Assembly: GCA_951406725.2 (NCBI GenBank)
Contig: OX597815.1
Location: 42,470,001 to 42,534,000, forward strand
DNA length: 64,000 nt
Direction: 5' to 3'
Source: Octopus vulgaris
Taxonomy: Eukaryota
The position numbers were made by a program, and so were the translations under genes. Every line of letters starts with the position of its first letter. The stretch's first letter is position 1. This document shows, piece by piece, positions 26,770 to 38,962 of this stretch. The notes under the pieces are model-generated. The model was given only the letters and a program-made list of their open reading frames with translations. It was not told where the DNA came from and did not search any database.

Positions 26770-27292
26770 CCTACACAAACCATAACACCGACAACTCGGA
26801 TTAATCTTCCCCCTCCTCTGAGTTAAAACCTCATGAACTGCAACCATGGAACCTATACCAAGGAGGGACAGCATGCCAACGCTACATGTATTTGGACATG
26901 TAAACTTACAATGCAGCTGCGTATTAGTAAAATGTACTAACAGATACTAACAGGCTTGAAGGACGGGCGAGGAAGTGGAGACGCATAAATCTAAAAGGAA
27001 ACGTAGGCTTATGTATATGTGTTTGTGTATGTGTCTAGGTACATGCTTGTGTGTGCCTGTTTGTGGGTGTACGTGCACGTGTTTGCGTTTGTGCATGTAT
27101 TTTTTGTACAGGTGTCGCACATATATATGTAGGTGCGTGCGTGTGCCTCCAAATGTTTTTGTTAAGCAGTGCCGATTTTTACAATTCTGTAAATAGTAAT
27201 AATAATATTTTATAACTTATAGCGATCACCGCGCAATGATTGAAGAAAATAGTCTAATAATGGGGCATATAAGCCCTCGACAGAAAAAAGTA

Positions 27293-27372
27293 GGTTCTCG
27301 CGTACGCGTGGGACTTGAACCCACACCTCTCTGTTTATGCAACCGAGTGTGGTACCGTTGCGCAATGAACCC
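27293..27372 (-). other. Degenerate tRNA-like sequence (pseudo-tRNA or SINE head)
   Basis: GGGTTCATTGCGCAACGGTACC...GTGGGTTCAAGTCCCAC T arm, followed by T6. Confidence 0.55.
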
Positions 27373-27464
27373 TTAAGCTTTAAGCTTACAAAATACTATT
27401 ATTATTATTATTATTTACCGAATATATATATATATTCATGTATGTATGTATGTATGTATACATA

Positions 27465-28337
27465 CAGGGTGTCCCAAAAGACACTGATGGGTTTCAATTT
27501 TTAATAACTTCCTTAAATTTACAAATAAATGCATGAAGGTTTGATACAATATAAAGGACATAATGAAAATTAATATACACAAGTCACCTTTTGAAACACC
27601 ACTACATCACATACGAAAACTGACATCGCTTAAATGGCAGCCATTTTGTGCTTCGCACGCCCGTGCTCTTTCTAACACTTGCACCATAATGCCTCAATAG
27701 TTTTAAACCACACTTCTCTGATTTCTCTATTGATGTTCTCCTTCAGTTGCACCAGGGTCTCCGGTTTGTTGACATAAATCGTCTCTTTCAGGTATCCCTA
27801 CCAGAAAAAATCCGGGCTAGTCAATTTGGAGAACGTGAAGGTCGTAGCGGGATATTATTCTCTTACCAAAGCACTGCTGTAGCGACTGCATTGTTTCTCT
27901 TGCGGTATGAGCAGTTGCGCCATCCTGCTGGAGCCATGTGTGAGGTCTAATTTGAATAGACTTCTCGTTTCCTAGACTTGACTAGCCCGGATTTTTTCTT
28001 GTGGAGATACCTGAAAGAGACGGTTTACGTCAACTAACCGGAGACCCTGGTGCAACTGAAGGAGAACATCAACAGAGAAATCAAACAAGTGGGGTCTGGA
28101 TTTCTTGAGGGTGTTTTGGTGCAAATTTTGGAAACAGCACGGACTTGCGAAACTGAAAATGGCTGCCATTTAAGCGGTGTCATTTTTCGTATGTGATATA
28201 GTGATGTCGAAAAATTTGACTTGTGCATATTAATTTCCATTGTGTTCTTTATATTGTATCAAAATTTCATACACTTATATGTAAAGTTAAGGAAGTTATT
28301 AAAAATTGAAACCATCAGTGACTTTTGGGACACCCTG
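27465..28337. mobile_element. Palindromic Tc1/mariner derivative made of two inverted 3' ends
   Basis: TA|CAGGGTGTCCCAAAAG ... CTTTTGGGACACCCTG|TA; ~360 bp arms both carry the PDFFLW.YLK transposase C-terminus. Confidence 0.9.
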
Positions 28338-28369
<32 letters not shown>

Positions 28370-28726
28370 TGTATGTATGTATGTATGTATGTATGTATGT
28401 ATGTATGTATGTATGTATGTATGTATGAATATACGTTTGTATGTATGTATGTATGTATGTATAGGTATATAGAGTGAAATATTGACATGAATATTCCATA
28501 TATTTTCTTAGGATATAGTTACGAAATTTGAAGGGGAGGTAAGTAAATTAATTATACATGCACACGATAGTAGCATATTTGTTAAAATATATACTATAAT
28601 GTTACTTGTTTTATTCTCCCCGTGTCATTTAGTGTATAGATATATATTTGTATTGATATATGTATATATGTATATATATATGTATATGTGTGTATGCATA
28701 TATATATATATATGTATATATGTGTA

Positions 28727-28766
<40 letters not shown>

Positions 28767-29375
28767 TGCATATACACATACAAATAAATAAATATATGTA
28801 TGTATGTTTGTTTGTATGTGTGCATTGTGTATAGTGTGTATTTGAAATTATTTTCTACCAATCAGAATTCTCGAAATGCTCTCGAAGCATTTCTCTAACG
28901 TTCACTTCCTGTCCTTCTGTCTTTCTATTTTTCAATCTTCATTTGTTTACGTACAACAATGTGTAAATTAATAACCTAAGGATCTAACTGTAAAAGACAA
29001 AAAAAAAAAAAAGAAAATGTCTGAGGTTTCAATAAACATGGAAGACGGAACAATTACGATTTTCACCACTACTTCATAAGATACGCATTTTACCTTTGTC
29101 CTTGTCTTCATCACCCTTTTTCTCTCCCTTCCACTTGTTGACACTATCTCTATTTCTTTGTTTGTTCTTTCTTTCTTTCTCGCTCTCACTTTCTCTTGTC
29201 TTCCCTTCTCATTTCTTTTATCATTATTGTTTCCTTAATTCTTACTCTTTCATAACTTTGGTTCTGTATATATTTCTTTAATTATCTCTCTCTTTTTTTT
29301 CTTTCCCTCTCTCTGTCTTTCTTCACACACAGATATATGTATACATGCATATATGTATGTAAATATGTATGTAAT

Positions 29376-29419
<44 letters not shown>

Positions 29420-29589
29420 CGTACATACATACGTACATACATACGTACATACATACGTACATACATACGTACGTACATAGATATTAGCCACGTGTCACTT
29501 TCAGTCTTGTGTATTGGCATATAAACGTGCAAGCATCATTAATTAAATCTCACTGACATCAACGCAGAATTTTCGCGCACACACACACA

Positions 29590-29690
<101 letters not shown>

Positions 29691-30255
29691 TCACTCACAC
29701 GCATAATCACATGAAAATATACATATGAACACGTATGCCAACACATAATTTCATTTGACTGGAATCAGCCAACTAAATTACAGCCGAGCAATCCATCTAG
29801 ACCAAGCAGATTTGAACCACGTGGCATAAGTTGCACTGGTTGTCTGTATGTCTAATGAAACTAAATCCAAACCGATAGCAATTTCAATCTCCCGACAGTA
29901 AAACCGAGCATCTACTGTATTTCGTAACTGTTTATTATTTTTTTTTTTCAACAGATTTCCAGCTTTTCATGTTTCTCATTTAATTTTGCTCCGCCTCTAG
30001 TGCTTAAATCAGCATTTACTGCTTTGCCAGCTTCCACTGTTGACGATGCTCTAACACTCTTGCTATGTAAAATTGCTACTACAATTACTATGAGTAAATA
30101 CAAATGCAAGGCTGTGCCATCTGTGCATAAATTCTAGGCGATCTACGTAAGTAAGCTGTGTGTCTGAGGGCTTGTCTGCTTGCGTAAAGCAGAAGTGAAA
30201 ACGCACTCCTATTGGACGAAGAAACCGCATCAAGGCCATACCGTTCGCGCCATGA

Positions 30256-30297
<42 letters not shown>

Positions 30298-30703
30298 AGA
30301 TGCACTTACATCATTATAAAAAGTTACTATAAGTTACTATTGATTGCTTTCATAGCAGCTATGTGATTAGTTGGTAATATTTCTCAGTGCTCTTTTATTA
30401 TATTTACTTCTCTCTTCTTTCCTTGCATTTGATTACTCGTTATTGTTGTTAATGTTGTTGTTGTTATTGTTGTTGTTGTTGTTGTTATTGTCGTTGTTGC
30501 TGTTGTTGTTACTGCTGCTCTTTCGCTATTTACACTTCTCAATTAACTTCAACACTTATAGATTTATCAGTAGAACGAAAACAATAGCAAGGATGAGGAT
30601 GATGATAATGATGATGATGGACAAAAAACAAAAGAAAAACGCGAGAACGACTACACTAATAGTAGTAGTAGAAGTAGTAGTAGTAGTAATAATAATAATA
30701 ATG

Positions 30704-30737
<34 letters not shown>

Positions 30738-30774
30738 TAATAATAATAATAATTATTATTATTATTATAATATC

Positions 30775-31115
30775 TGAGACCCCCTTCGGTCACGGCACAG
30801 ACCATGGAATTGCACCTAGAAAGGTACCCTCCCAGGCACAAGTCCGGGCAAGGTTGTTTTATGGAAGACCAGCAGTCGCCCATGCATACCGGCCTCCCCT
30901 CTCCACGCCACCAGTGTTATCCAAGGGAAAGGCAACAGCAGATACAGCTTGGCACCTGTGACGTCGCAACTCATTTCTACAGCTGAGTGAACTGGAGCAA
31001 CGTGAAATGAAGTGTCTTGCTCAAGAACACAACACGCAGCCCGGTCCGAGATTCGAGCTCACAATCTCACGATCGTAAGCTCGATGGTCTAACCACTGAG
31101 CCATGCGCCCTCACA
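30775..31115 (-). mobile_element. SINE family C in (TAA)n
   Basis: Reverse complement of 4591-4917. Confidence 0.85.
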
Positions 31116-31126
31116 TAATAATGTGG

Positions 31127-31192
<66 letters not shown>

Positions 31193-31195
<3 letters not shown>

Positions 31196-31750
31196 GCCCT
31201 GATGCAGTACCAGGCAGTGGCTCTCATGGCTTCTGATCTTAACTGATTGGAAGTGTTATCATGTACATTGTTTTGTCTTGGTATAAAAGATGGGCTAAAG
31301 CAAATATTCTGCTCAATACCACAGATTTACTTGTCAGTTGTTTGACCTTAACCAGTTGAGCATGTCCCTTAGTGGCTGACGATATGTGCATCTCTGATCA
31401 CGAGCAGACGTAGTGGGGGAGCATCATAGCCATGTGTTGAGAAGGATTCTTTGGGGTTTGAATAATTCACCTCTGGAAACATGGGTGTTTCGTTCAACGT
31501 CCTTAAACAACCCTTATTCAGGAACCTTTTGAGCGGGATGGGTTACTCGATCTGAAGAAAATTCTAACTGGGCCCCACCTGCAAGGTCATGTGCTGTTTA
31601 TCTTGATATGAGATCACCATGTCGCGCACATATGGTTGTGATGCATGTGCCTGGTGTACCTTTATCAGACGGGTAGTCATGATGGGTATATTGGGCTTCG
31701 TATATTTTACCCCAGTGTCACTTTGATGGCATGAACTGCTCACTCACTCA
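31193..31750 (+). mobile_element. Non-coding (TAA)n-embedded element; copies at 56345-56629 and 56670-57190
   Basis: AAATGCCCTGATGCA...GCTC.CTCACTC flanked by (AAT)n in each copy. Confidence 0.8.
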
Positions 31751-31779
31751 ATAATAATAATAATAATTATAATAATAAT

Positions 31780-32122
31780 ATCTGAGACCCCCTTCGGTCA
31801 CGACACAGACCATGGAATTGCACCTAGAAAGGTACCCTCCCAGGCACAAGTCCGGGCAAGGTTGTTTTATGGAAGACCAGCAGTCGCCCATGTATACCGG
31901 CCTCCCCTCACCACGCCACCAGTGTTATCCAAGGGAAAGGCAACAGCAGATACAGCTTGGCACCTGTGACGTCGCAACTCATTTCTACAGCTGAGTGAAC
32001 TGGAGCAACGTGAAATGAAGTGTCTTGCTCAAGAACACAACACGCAGCCCGGTCCGAGATTCGAGCTCACAACCTCACGATCGTAAGCTCGATGGTCTAA
32101 CCACTGAGCCATGCGCCTTCAC
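31780..32122 (-). mobile_element. SINE family C, nearly identical to 30775-31115
   Basis: ORF-track translations at 30804 and 31812 differ by one residue. Confidence 0.85.
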
Positions 32123-32131
32123 ATAATAATG

Positions 32132-32179
<48 letters not shown>

Positions 32180-32183
<4 letters not shown>

Positions 32184-32435
32184 TTCCTATCATAGTAGGT
32201 GCATTAGGCATGATAAAAAAATATTCAGACAAATACATAACAAAAACACCAGGACTTACAAACACATATAACATACAGAAAATTGCACTACTAGGCACTG
32301 CACACATCCTACGCAGAACACTTTCCATACAATAACCATCAGAGCATCACAACAAATCACAGCAAATACCCAAGGCACACAGAGCTGTGCTCGGTAGTGA
32401 AGTGAAAGCACGCTATAAAAATAAAACTACTGAAT
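32180..32435 (+). mobile_element. 5'-truncated R4/Dong-like retrotransposon 3' end
   Basis: Near-identical to 53406-53664; IPIIVGALG...QKIALLGTAHILR; within (TAA)n. Confidence 0.9.
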
Positions 32436-32477
32436 AGTAATAATAATAATAATAATAATAGTAATAACAACAACAAC

Positions 32478-32548
<71 letters not shown>

Positions 32549-32691
32549 TCCTTTCAGTCCCAACGCCTGAAATTTTTTGGAGAGGGAGCTAGTCGATGTA
32601 GTCGACCCCAGTGCTCAGTTGGTAACTATTCCATCGGCCCTAAAAGGTTGATAGACAAAGTGGACACCGGCAAAATTTAATGATGAGAATA

Positions 32692-32747
<56 letters not shown>

Positions 32748-32999
32748 AACAACAACAACAACAACAACAACAGCAAGAACAACAATAGTAATAACAGCAA
32801 CGACAACAGCAACATAAACAAGGTCGCAAGATTTGAGAGATAGCACAAGCAAGAAATAGAACACAAAGGGATGTTTACATAGTGAAAAAACAAAACAAAA
32901 CAAAACAACAATAGATATAATAATAAAATAGTGTTATAAAGCGGTCTTTTGCCACTGTTGTATCTGTCTTTGAACGACGGTTGCCGCTCTGACAGATAT

Positions 33000-33272
33000 T
33001 GTTATATTCCGAAGTCATCGATAGGATGCTTCTATCTGGCACTATACGACCCCCCACTCGTACAGTGTCATTATCCTCAAAATCGTTAGAACGTCCACTC
33101 ATTATCACAGTATAATTACTATATAAGCACAGACACGACTAGCAACCCAGTCTACACGTACTCTCGTACTCTACGTACTCCCTCGATACCGGCCGACGTA
33201 ACCTTACTTATAGAGACTGAGTCATTCCACTCCTCACGTGGGAGGATGCACCATTATTACTGATTTCCTACA
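33000..33272 (-). repeat. 3' LTR of the Gypsy element
   Basis: TG...CA termini adjacent to the polypurine tract (+ strand TCTCCCCT at 33273). Confidence 0.65.
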
Positions 33273-35506
33273 TCTCCCCTTTTAAGTTTTTGTTAGGAAG
33301 CGTCATTTTATTTAGCAATAATATTTATATTCATCCCACCTCCCTTAATTGAGTTTCTTTCGAACAATTTAATACTTTTCTCTTGGCATCTATTTTCAGA
33401 AACTCTGTATGCTTTTTTCCTTTCACTTGTACGCCTTGATTAATCACCTGTAGTGGCGTTGGTACTTGGGACGTATCATACAACCCTTACATGGGTTGCT
33501 CCAACTTATTTAGTTAGTTTTTCACGAATCTCTTTTTTAGTTGGTTCCTGTGTCCCTTTTGTATACCTTTTCTACTTTTTAACCCAATACATCATTTTAC
33601 ATATGTATTTGGTAATTTCGCCCTCTTCCCAGTTCTGCTTTCCATTTTTGTATGTCCTCATATATAATTTATCACCAACCTCAAAAAATCTTGGTATGTC
33701 TTCTCTGGCACCGTTTCTTTTCTTGCCAGGTAGTAATTTATCAAAAACTGATTTTACTTTCCTTGCAAACATCAGCTCCGCTGGTGAGCTACCTGCAGCT
33801 GCATTTGGATTTGGTCTCATACAATACACTCTTAAAAATTGTTGTAGCGCTATCTCCTCCGTGGTTTCCTTATTCGATTTTGTAAGGGCTATTTTGAAGG
33901 TTTCAACAAAGCGTTCTGCTTGTCCATTAAATCTGGGATGGTATGGCGCCGTTGTTATATATTCTACCGCAAACATTTCACAAATTTAAAAAAATTCTCT
34001 AGTCACAAATTGCGTACCATTGTCTTGTCTAGGATTCCAAACCTAGCAAACGATTCATGTAAAAAATTTATCACATTTGAGGGACTTGGTATTTTTCACT
34101 TCCAGATTTCAGGCCATTTTGAAAAACTATCAACTACCACTAAGTAGTATGAACGGTTTAAAGGACCAGAGAAATCGATGTGTAGTCTCAACCACGGAAC
34201 ATTTACTTTTGACCAAGGTTCCCATTTTATATTGGGTAATTTTACTGTTAGAGCACATCCTCTACAGCCTTTTACCAGGAAATATTATTTTGTTTTTTGC
34301 CTCAGTCCTTCGGCTCCATTTAAACCTTTGACTGACTCAACTACATTTCCACACAGAACACTTATGTGTGTATCCCACAAGTTAAATAGTTCTATCCATT
34401 CTGTGCCGAATAAGTTAAGTGAATTTTTAAACACATAAATCTTTGCCGCTTTCGTTTGACCATGAAAAGTTACATTGCATTCAAATTCACTGAAAAAATG
34501 TTTTCCTGTAACACCATGTATTACCTTTTTAGATCTAATTAAATTCGGCTTACCGACTCCACGTTTTTTCGTTTATATTAGTAATGTCACTACCTGTGTT
34601 CAACTGCATTTTAACAGTTGTATTTTTGATTTTTACCTTCACGAATTTCTTCCGATGTTATACTATTTATTCTTTTACCTTTTTTTCTGACGTTTTATCA
34701 TCTTTGTCCCACAGTGCGTCTTAATATGTCCTATATTTTCACATCGAAAATACTTTCATTTTTGAAATGGGCAATTTTTCCTCAGTTGCATACATAGGCT
34801 TATATCCTGATGTTTGTCATGTTTTCTAGAAAACACTTTATCTCTATTCAGATTAGTTTTACTTGGAAGCAGTCTTTACGTTCAATTTCCTCTGCATCGT
34901 GCCTTAATTTAAGCATCCTTTCACATTCTTCAGACTCTTTTTGCAGGGTTTCATACTGGTTTTGCTCCAACTTTGCAAGAATTCTAGTTCTGACTTCTGC
35001 ATCCTTTTCGGCAAGTAGTTCTTGTGTAAAAACCAGGCATTTGAACATATCTGGAGTTAGTTTGTCCAGCTTAAACTTCTCGCATTTCCTGTTTACTCTA
35101 CCAGCATATGTGATTAAATTGTCGTCGTTGTTTTTCTTTATGTTCAGACACTTCCAACGTGTGTTGGACAATGCGCGTTTCTCACTGAAAATTTTACACA
35201 ATATATCATTTGTGTCATTATAGTTTATGTCCGAAGGTTTTTTAGTGGGTACAAAATTACTGTATCGTTCGTGATCTGTCGCCGCCAGTTTTCTCAAGAT
35301 TAAGTGAGTTTTCATCTTGTCGTCCCAATCTTTACATTCTTCCTCGATTTGCTCATATCTTCTGCAGTATGCTTTGAAGGTAACTCCTTCGTCAGGTTTG
35401 TATTTGAATTCAGTTACTGAATTCGCGTAATAGTCCTCTGAGAACACTTTTTCTGGCTTTCCTTACGACTTCAGTAATTGTAGCATTTGTTCCTGTAATA
35501 TTGTTG

Positions 35507-35827
35507 TTATTGTTGATTCTGTTGTTGCTCTTGCAGTTGTATCTGCTGTAAATGTTGTTCTTTCAACTGTTGTTGTTGTTGTTCTTCTTCTTGTTCTTCT
35601 TCTTGTTCTTGTTCTTCTTGTTCTTCTTCTTGTTCTTCTTCTTGTTCTTGTTCTTCTTGTTCTTCTTGTTCTTCTTGTTCTTGTTCTTCTTGTTCTTGTT
35701 CTTGTTCTTCTTCTTCTTGTTCTTGTTCTTGTTCTTCTTGTTCTTGTTCTTGTTCTTGTTCTTCTTCTTCTTCTTCTTCTTCTTCTTCTTCTTCTTCTTC
35801 TTCTTCTTCTCCTTCTTCTTCTTCCAA
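35507..35827 (-). repeat. (GAA/CAA) repeat expansion upstream of gag, reads as poly-E/Q
   Basis: Direct reading; ORF 35507-35827. Confidence 0.85.
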
Positions 35828-36586
35828 TCAGGACTCAGGTCATTAGCCACAAAGAATAATCTCTAATTCGAGCCGACTCTAAGCTACTGAGAATGCGTGT
35901 GGCAACTTGAAAATCCACCCACCACACGCGATAGACTGGCGGTTGCACGGGCGCAAAAGCTACGTTGTTATCCTCATTCCGTAAACGGTGGATTTTAATG
36001 GGTGGAGAGCTGAACCATCCTGGGGTACAAAGGATTCGCAATCTAGATTATGCTCTGAAAGTTTACCACACCATTGTGGATTACAGCATGGTTCCTCTGC
36101 TTTGTGGCAGAAGTAGGAAGAAAGAGTGAGAGAAAGTTGTGAATGAGTACAGCGGGTTCACCACCCATCCCCGCAGGAGCTCGTGGAGCATAGGTGCTTT
36201 TGCTCAATAAACACTTACAATGCCCAGTCTGGGAACCGAAACTGCGTTCTTACGACCACGAGTCCGCTGCCTTAACTACTGGGCCATTGCGCCTCCACTA
36301 CTGTTGCTGTTGCTGTTGCTGTTTTTGCATCTCATGCAAACCTGCCAACTAATGTTTCATACTTTTACGTTTTTTCGTAAAATTTGTTCACCAACATTGT
36401 GAGTTTATTAGCTCCTCTTCGAGTTTCTATTAACTCCACGTGAATTGGTTTATCCTCATCACCACTAGTATAAAGTGGTCTATTGCCACTGTTGTATCTG
36501 TCTTTGTACGACGGTGTGCGATATTTGCTGAAAAATGAAATAAAAAGCAAGCAAACAAACAAACAAAAAACTCAATGCTTAGCTCC

Positions 36587-36972
36587 TTGGAAGCACTCCG
36601 TCGGTTACGACGACGAGGGTTCCGGTTGATCCGATCAACGGAACAGCCTGCTCGTGAAATTATCATGTAAGTGGCTGAGCACTCCACAGACACGTGTACC
36701 CTTAACATAGTTCTCGGGGATATTCAGCGTGACACAAGAGAGTGACAAGGCCGGCCCTTTGAAATACAGGTACAACAGAAACAGGAAGTAAGAGTGAGAG
36801 AAAGTTGTGGTGAAAGAGTACAGCAGGGATCACCACCATCCCCTGCCGGAGCCTCGTGGAGCTTTAGGTGTTTTCGCTCAATAAACACTCACAACGCCCG
36901 GTCTGGGAATCGAAACCGCGATCCTACGACCGCGAGTCCACTGCCCTAACCACTGGGCCATTGCGCCTCCAC
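36587..36972 (-). mobile_element. SINE family D, full length with 11-bp TSD; older copy at 36110-36298
   Basis: TGCTTAGCTCC at 36576-36586 and 36973-36983. Confidence 0.9.
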
Positions 36973-38095
36973 TGCTTAGCTCCAAACAACTGTTAAACTG
37001 AAAATAACGAACAATCATTTTAATATCAAATGCAGACGATGCACCCGATTGTAATGAGGCTGTTAACCACATCATCCCTGACTGCTCAGTTCCTGTCAAA
37101 TCCATCCATATTCACAGAAGTCTGTGAGTTGATAGCTTTGCCAACTAGGCAATATGCCGGTACTGAAAATTCTCTTAAAAAACTAAAAAGGCATTAGGGC
37201 AAATCTAAAAGAAATTCAACGAAAAACGGCTAAAATCCAGAATGGTAATGAAGACAAAAGAAGGCTCCATAGAAAAATACAACAAAATACACAGCCACAA
37301 AAAAAGACAAAAGACTATACCCTTGACAGCCCCACCCATCAGTTATCAGTAAACAGGATTAAAACACATCCGATCAGATCTAACCTTGAGGAGAAGAATA
37401 CAGAAACTAAAAGAGAATATAGCAAAATCGATGAACATTGATTAACACAGACATCTGCCTAAGTTACACACAAAGAAGAAGCTCCCCAAAAGAATAAATA
37501 AATGCAACGGGTCCTTAAAGAAAAATTTTTTATTGAAATAAACTACCCAAATATCACCAGAATGAATAATCTATCTGCTCAGTTGTAGTTGTCACCATCC
37601 ACTTGTAAAAATGAAAAACAAATATACTTCGTAAAATGAAATCAAGTAAAAAAAAATGGAAAAGTTAAGACTTAACGAAATGGAAATGGATTGCTCTAAT
37701 TTAAAAAAAAAGAAGAACGAACACAAATAACACAAGTAATATCGTTGAAGAGAAGACATTGAAAGTGTTTGGAAAAATTATTTTAAACATATATATTCGG
37801 GATAAAACGCGTCGAACAAATATGAACGCTTCTTCCTGGAGAACAAGGTATTTGAACACAATACCAAAAAGGTTTTACAAGGACATCCACAAAACCAAAA
37901 CCAAAATATAAAAGGAAGATACATTGACATAAATAGAAATTCATACGGGTTACTGGTAGTGAATATGGCACAAACGTTCTGTACAATATAAAAGCACGGT
38001 GGATCAGAAGAAAAAAGGGATGTGCGTGCGTGCGTGTGTGTATGTATGTGTGCGTGCGTGTGTGTCTGTGCATATATATGTAAATATAAATATAT

Positions 38096-38564
38096 ACAAC
38101 GTAAAGCGTACTAGCCATCTCAATGTGGCTAGCCACTGGGGGTGGGTGTTACTGAAACTTTTAGCCCCAGGAGATCATCGTCTCCAGCTGGCTTTAGACA
38201 CACTTTCTGTGCCCTTCTGATATTCGCAAAGGGAGGTCATCTCCTCTCGAAAACCTAAGTGATACATACGGACTATAGTTTCGAGGTTTTTGCTTCTCGT
38301 CAACGTACGGTAATCACCGGTTTTCGATTGGAGAGACCTGTTTGCGAATACCGTACGTTGACGAGAGGCAAAAACCTCGAAACTATAGTCCGTATGTATC
38401 ACTTAGATTTTCGAGAGGGGATGACCTCCCTTTGCGAATATCAGAAGGGCACAGAAAGTGTATCTAAAGCCAGCTGGAGACGATGATCTCCTAGGGCTAA
38501 AAGCTTCAGTAACACCCACCCTCAGTGGCTAGCCACATTGAGATGGCTAGTACACTTTACGTTG
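38096..38564. repeat. ~470 bp fold-back palindrome (MITE-like)
   Basis: ~215 bp arms nearly identical (mirror ORFs 38175-38402 and 38259-38486), ~36 nt spacer. Confidence 0.95.
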
Positions 38565-38611
38565 TCGAGCGGTTACTGTTTACATCTCGTTCGGAGATTT
38601 ATAAATATACA

Positions 38612-38783
38612 CAGTTCTATATTTAAGACATGAGGAATTATGTACATTATTTACGTTTGACGGATATTTGTCCTCATCTTGTTTGTTGTTAACACAACGT
38701 TTCGGCTTATATACCCTCCAGCCTTCATCAGGTATTTTGGGGAAATTTCGAGCCTGGGTTCTCATTCCTAAGGTATTTTTCGA

Positions 38784-38856
<73 letters not shown>

Positions 38857-38962
38857 GTTCAGGTCACTACCTGGAATCGAACTCGGAATCTTGGCATTAT
38901 TAGCCCGCGCTCTTAACCACTACGGCATACGCACGTGGGCATGTTAACAACAAACAAGATGT
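38612..38962 (-). mobile_element. tRNA-headed, hammerhead-bearing short retroelement
   Basis: tRNA-like head 38861-38932 (TGCCGTAGTGG, GAGTTCGATTCC), (AAT)n, hammerhead, tail; 38943-38961 is an inverted duplicate of 38675-38694. Confidence 0.75.
38691..38736 (-). ncRNA. Minimal type I hammerhead ribozyme
   Basis: AATAC CTGATGA A GGCT GGAGGGTATATA AGCC GAAAC GTT|GTGTT; palindromic AACGTT stem III. Confidence 0.8.

Larger units (their letters stand above)
33000..35830 (-). mobile_element. Gypsy LTR retrotransposon relic, internally deleted
   Basis: gag (34848-35447), zinc knuckle relic ~34715-34755, protease relic QLNTGSDIT ~34600, integrase APYHPRFNGQAERFVETFK (33572-33976), PPT AGGGGAGA before the LTR. 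Confidence 0.9.

Noticed and set aside
38175-38486. Two near-identical opposite-strand 75 aa ORFs
   Set aside because: A by-product of the palindrome, not genes
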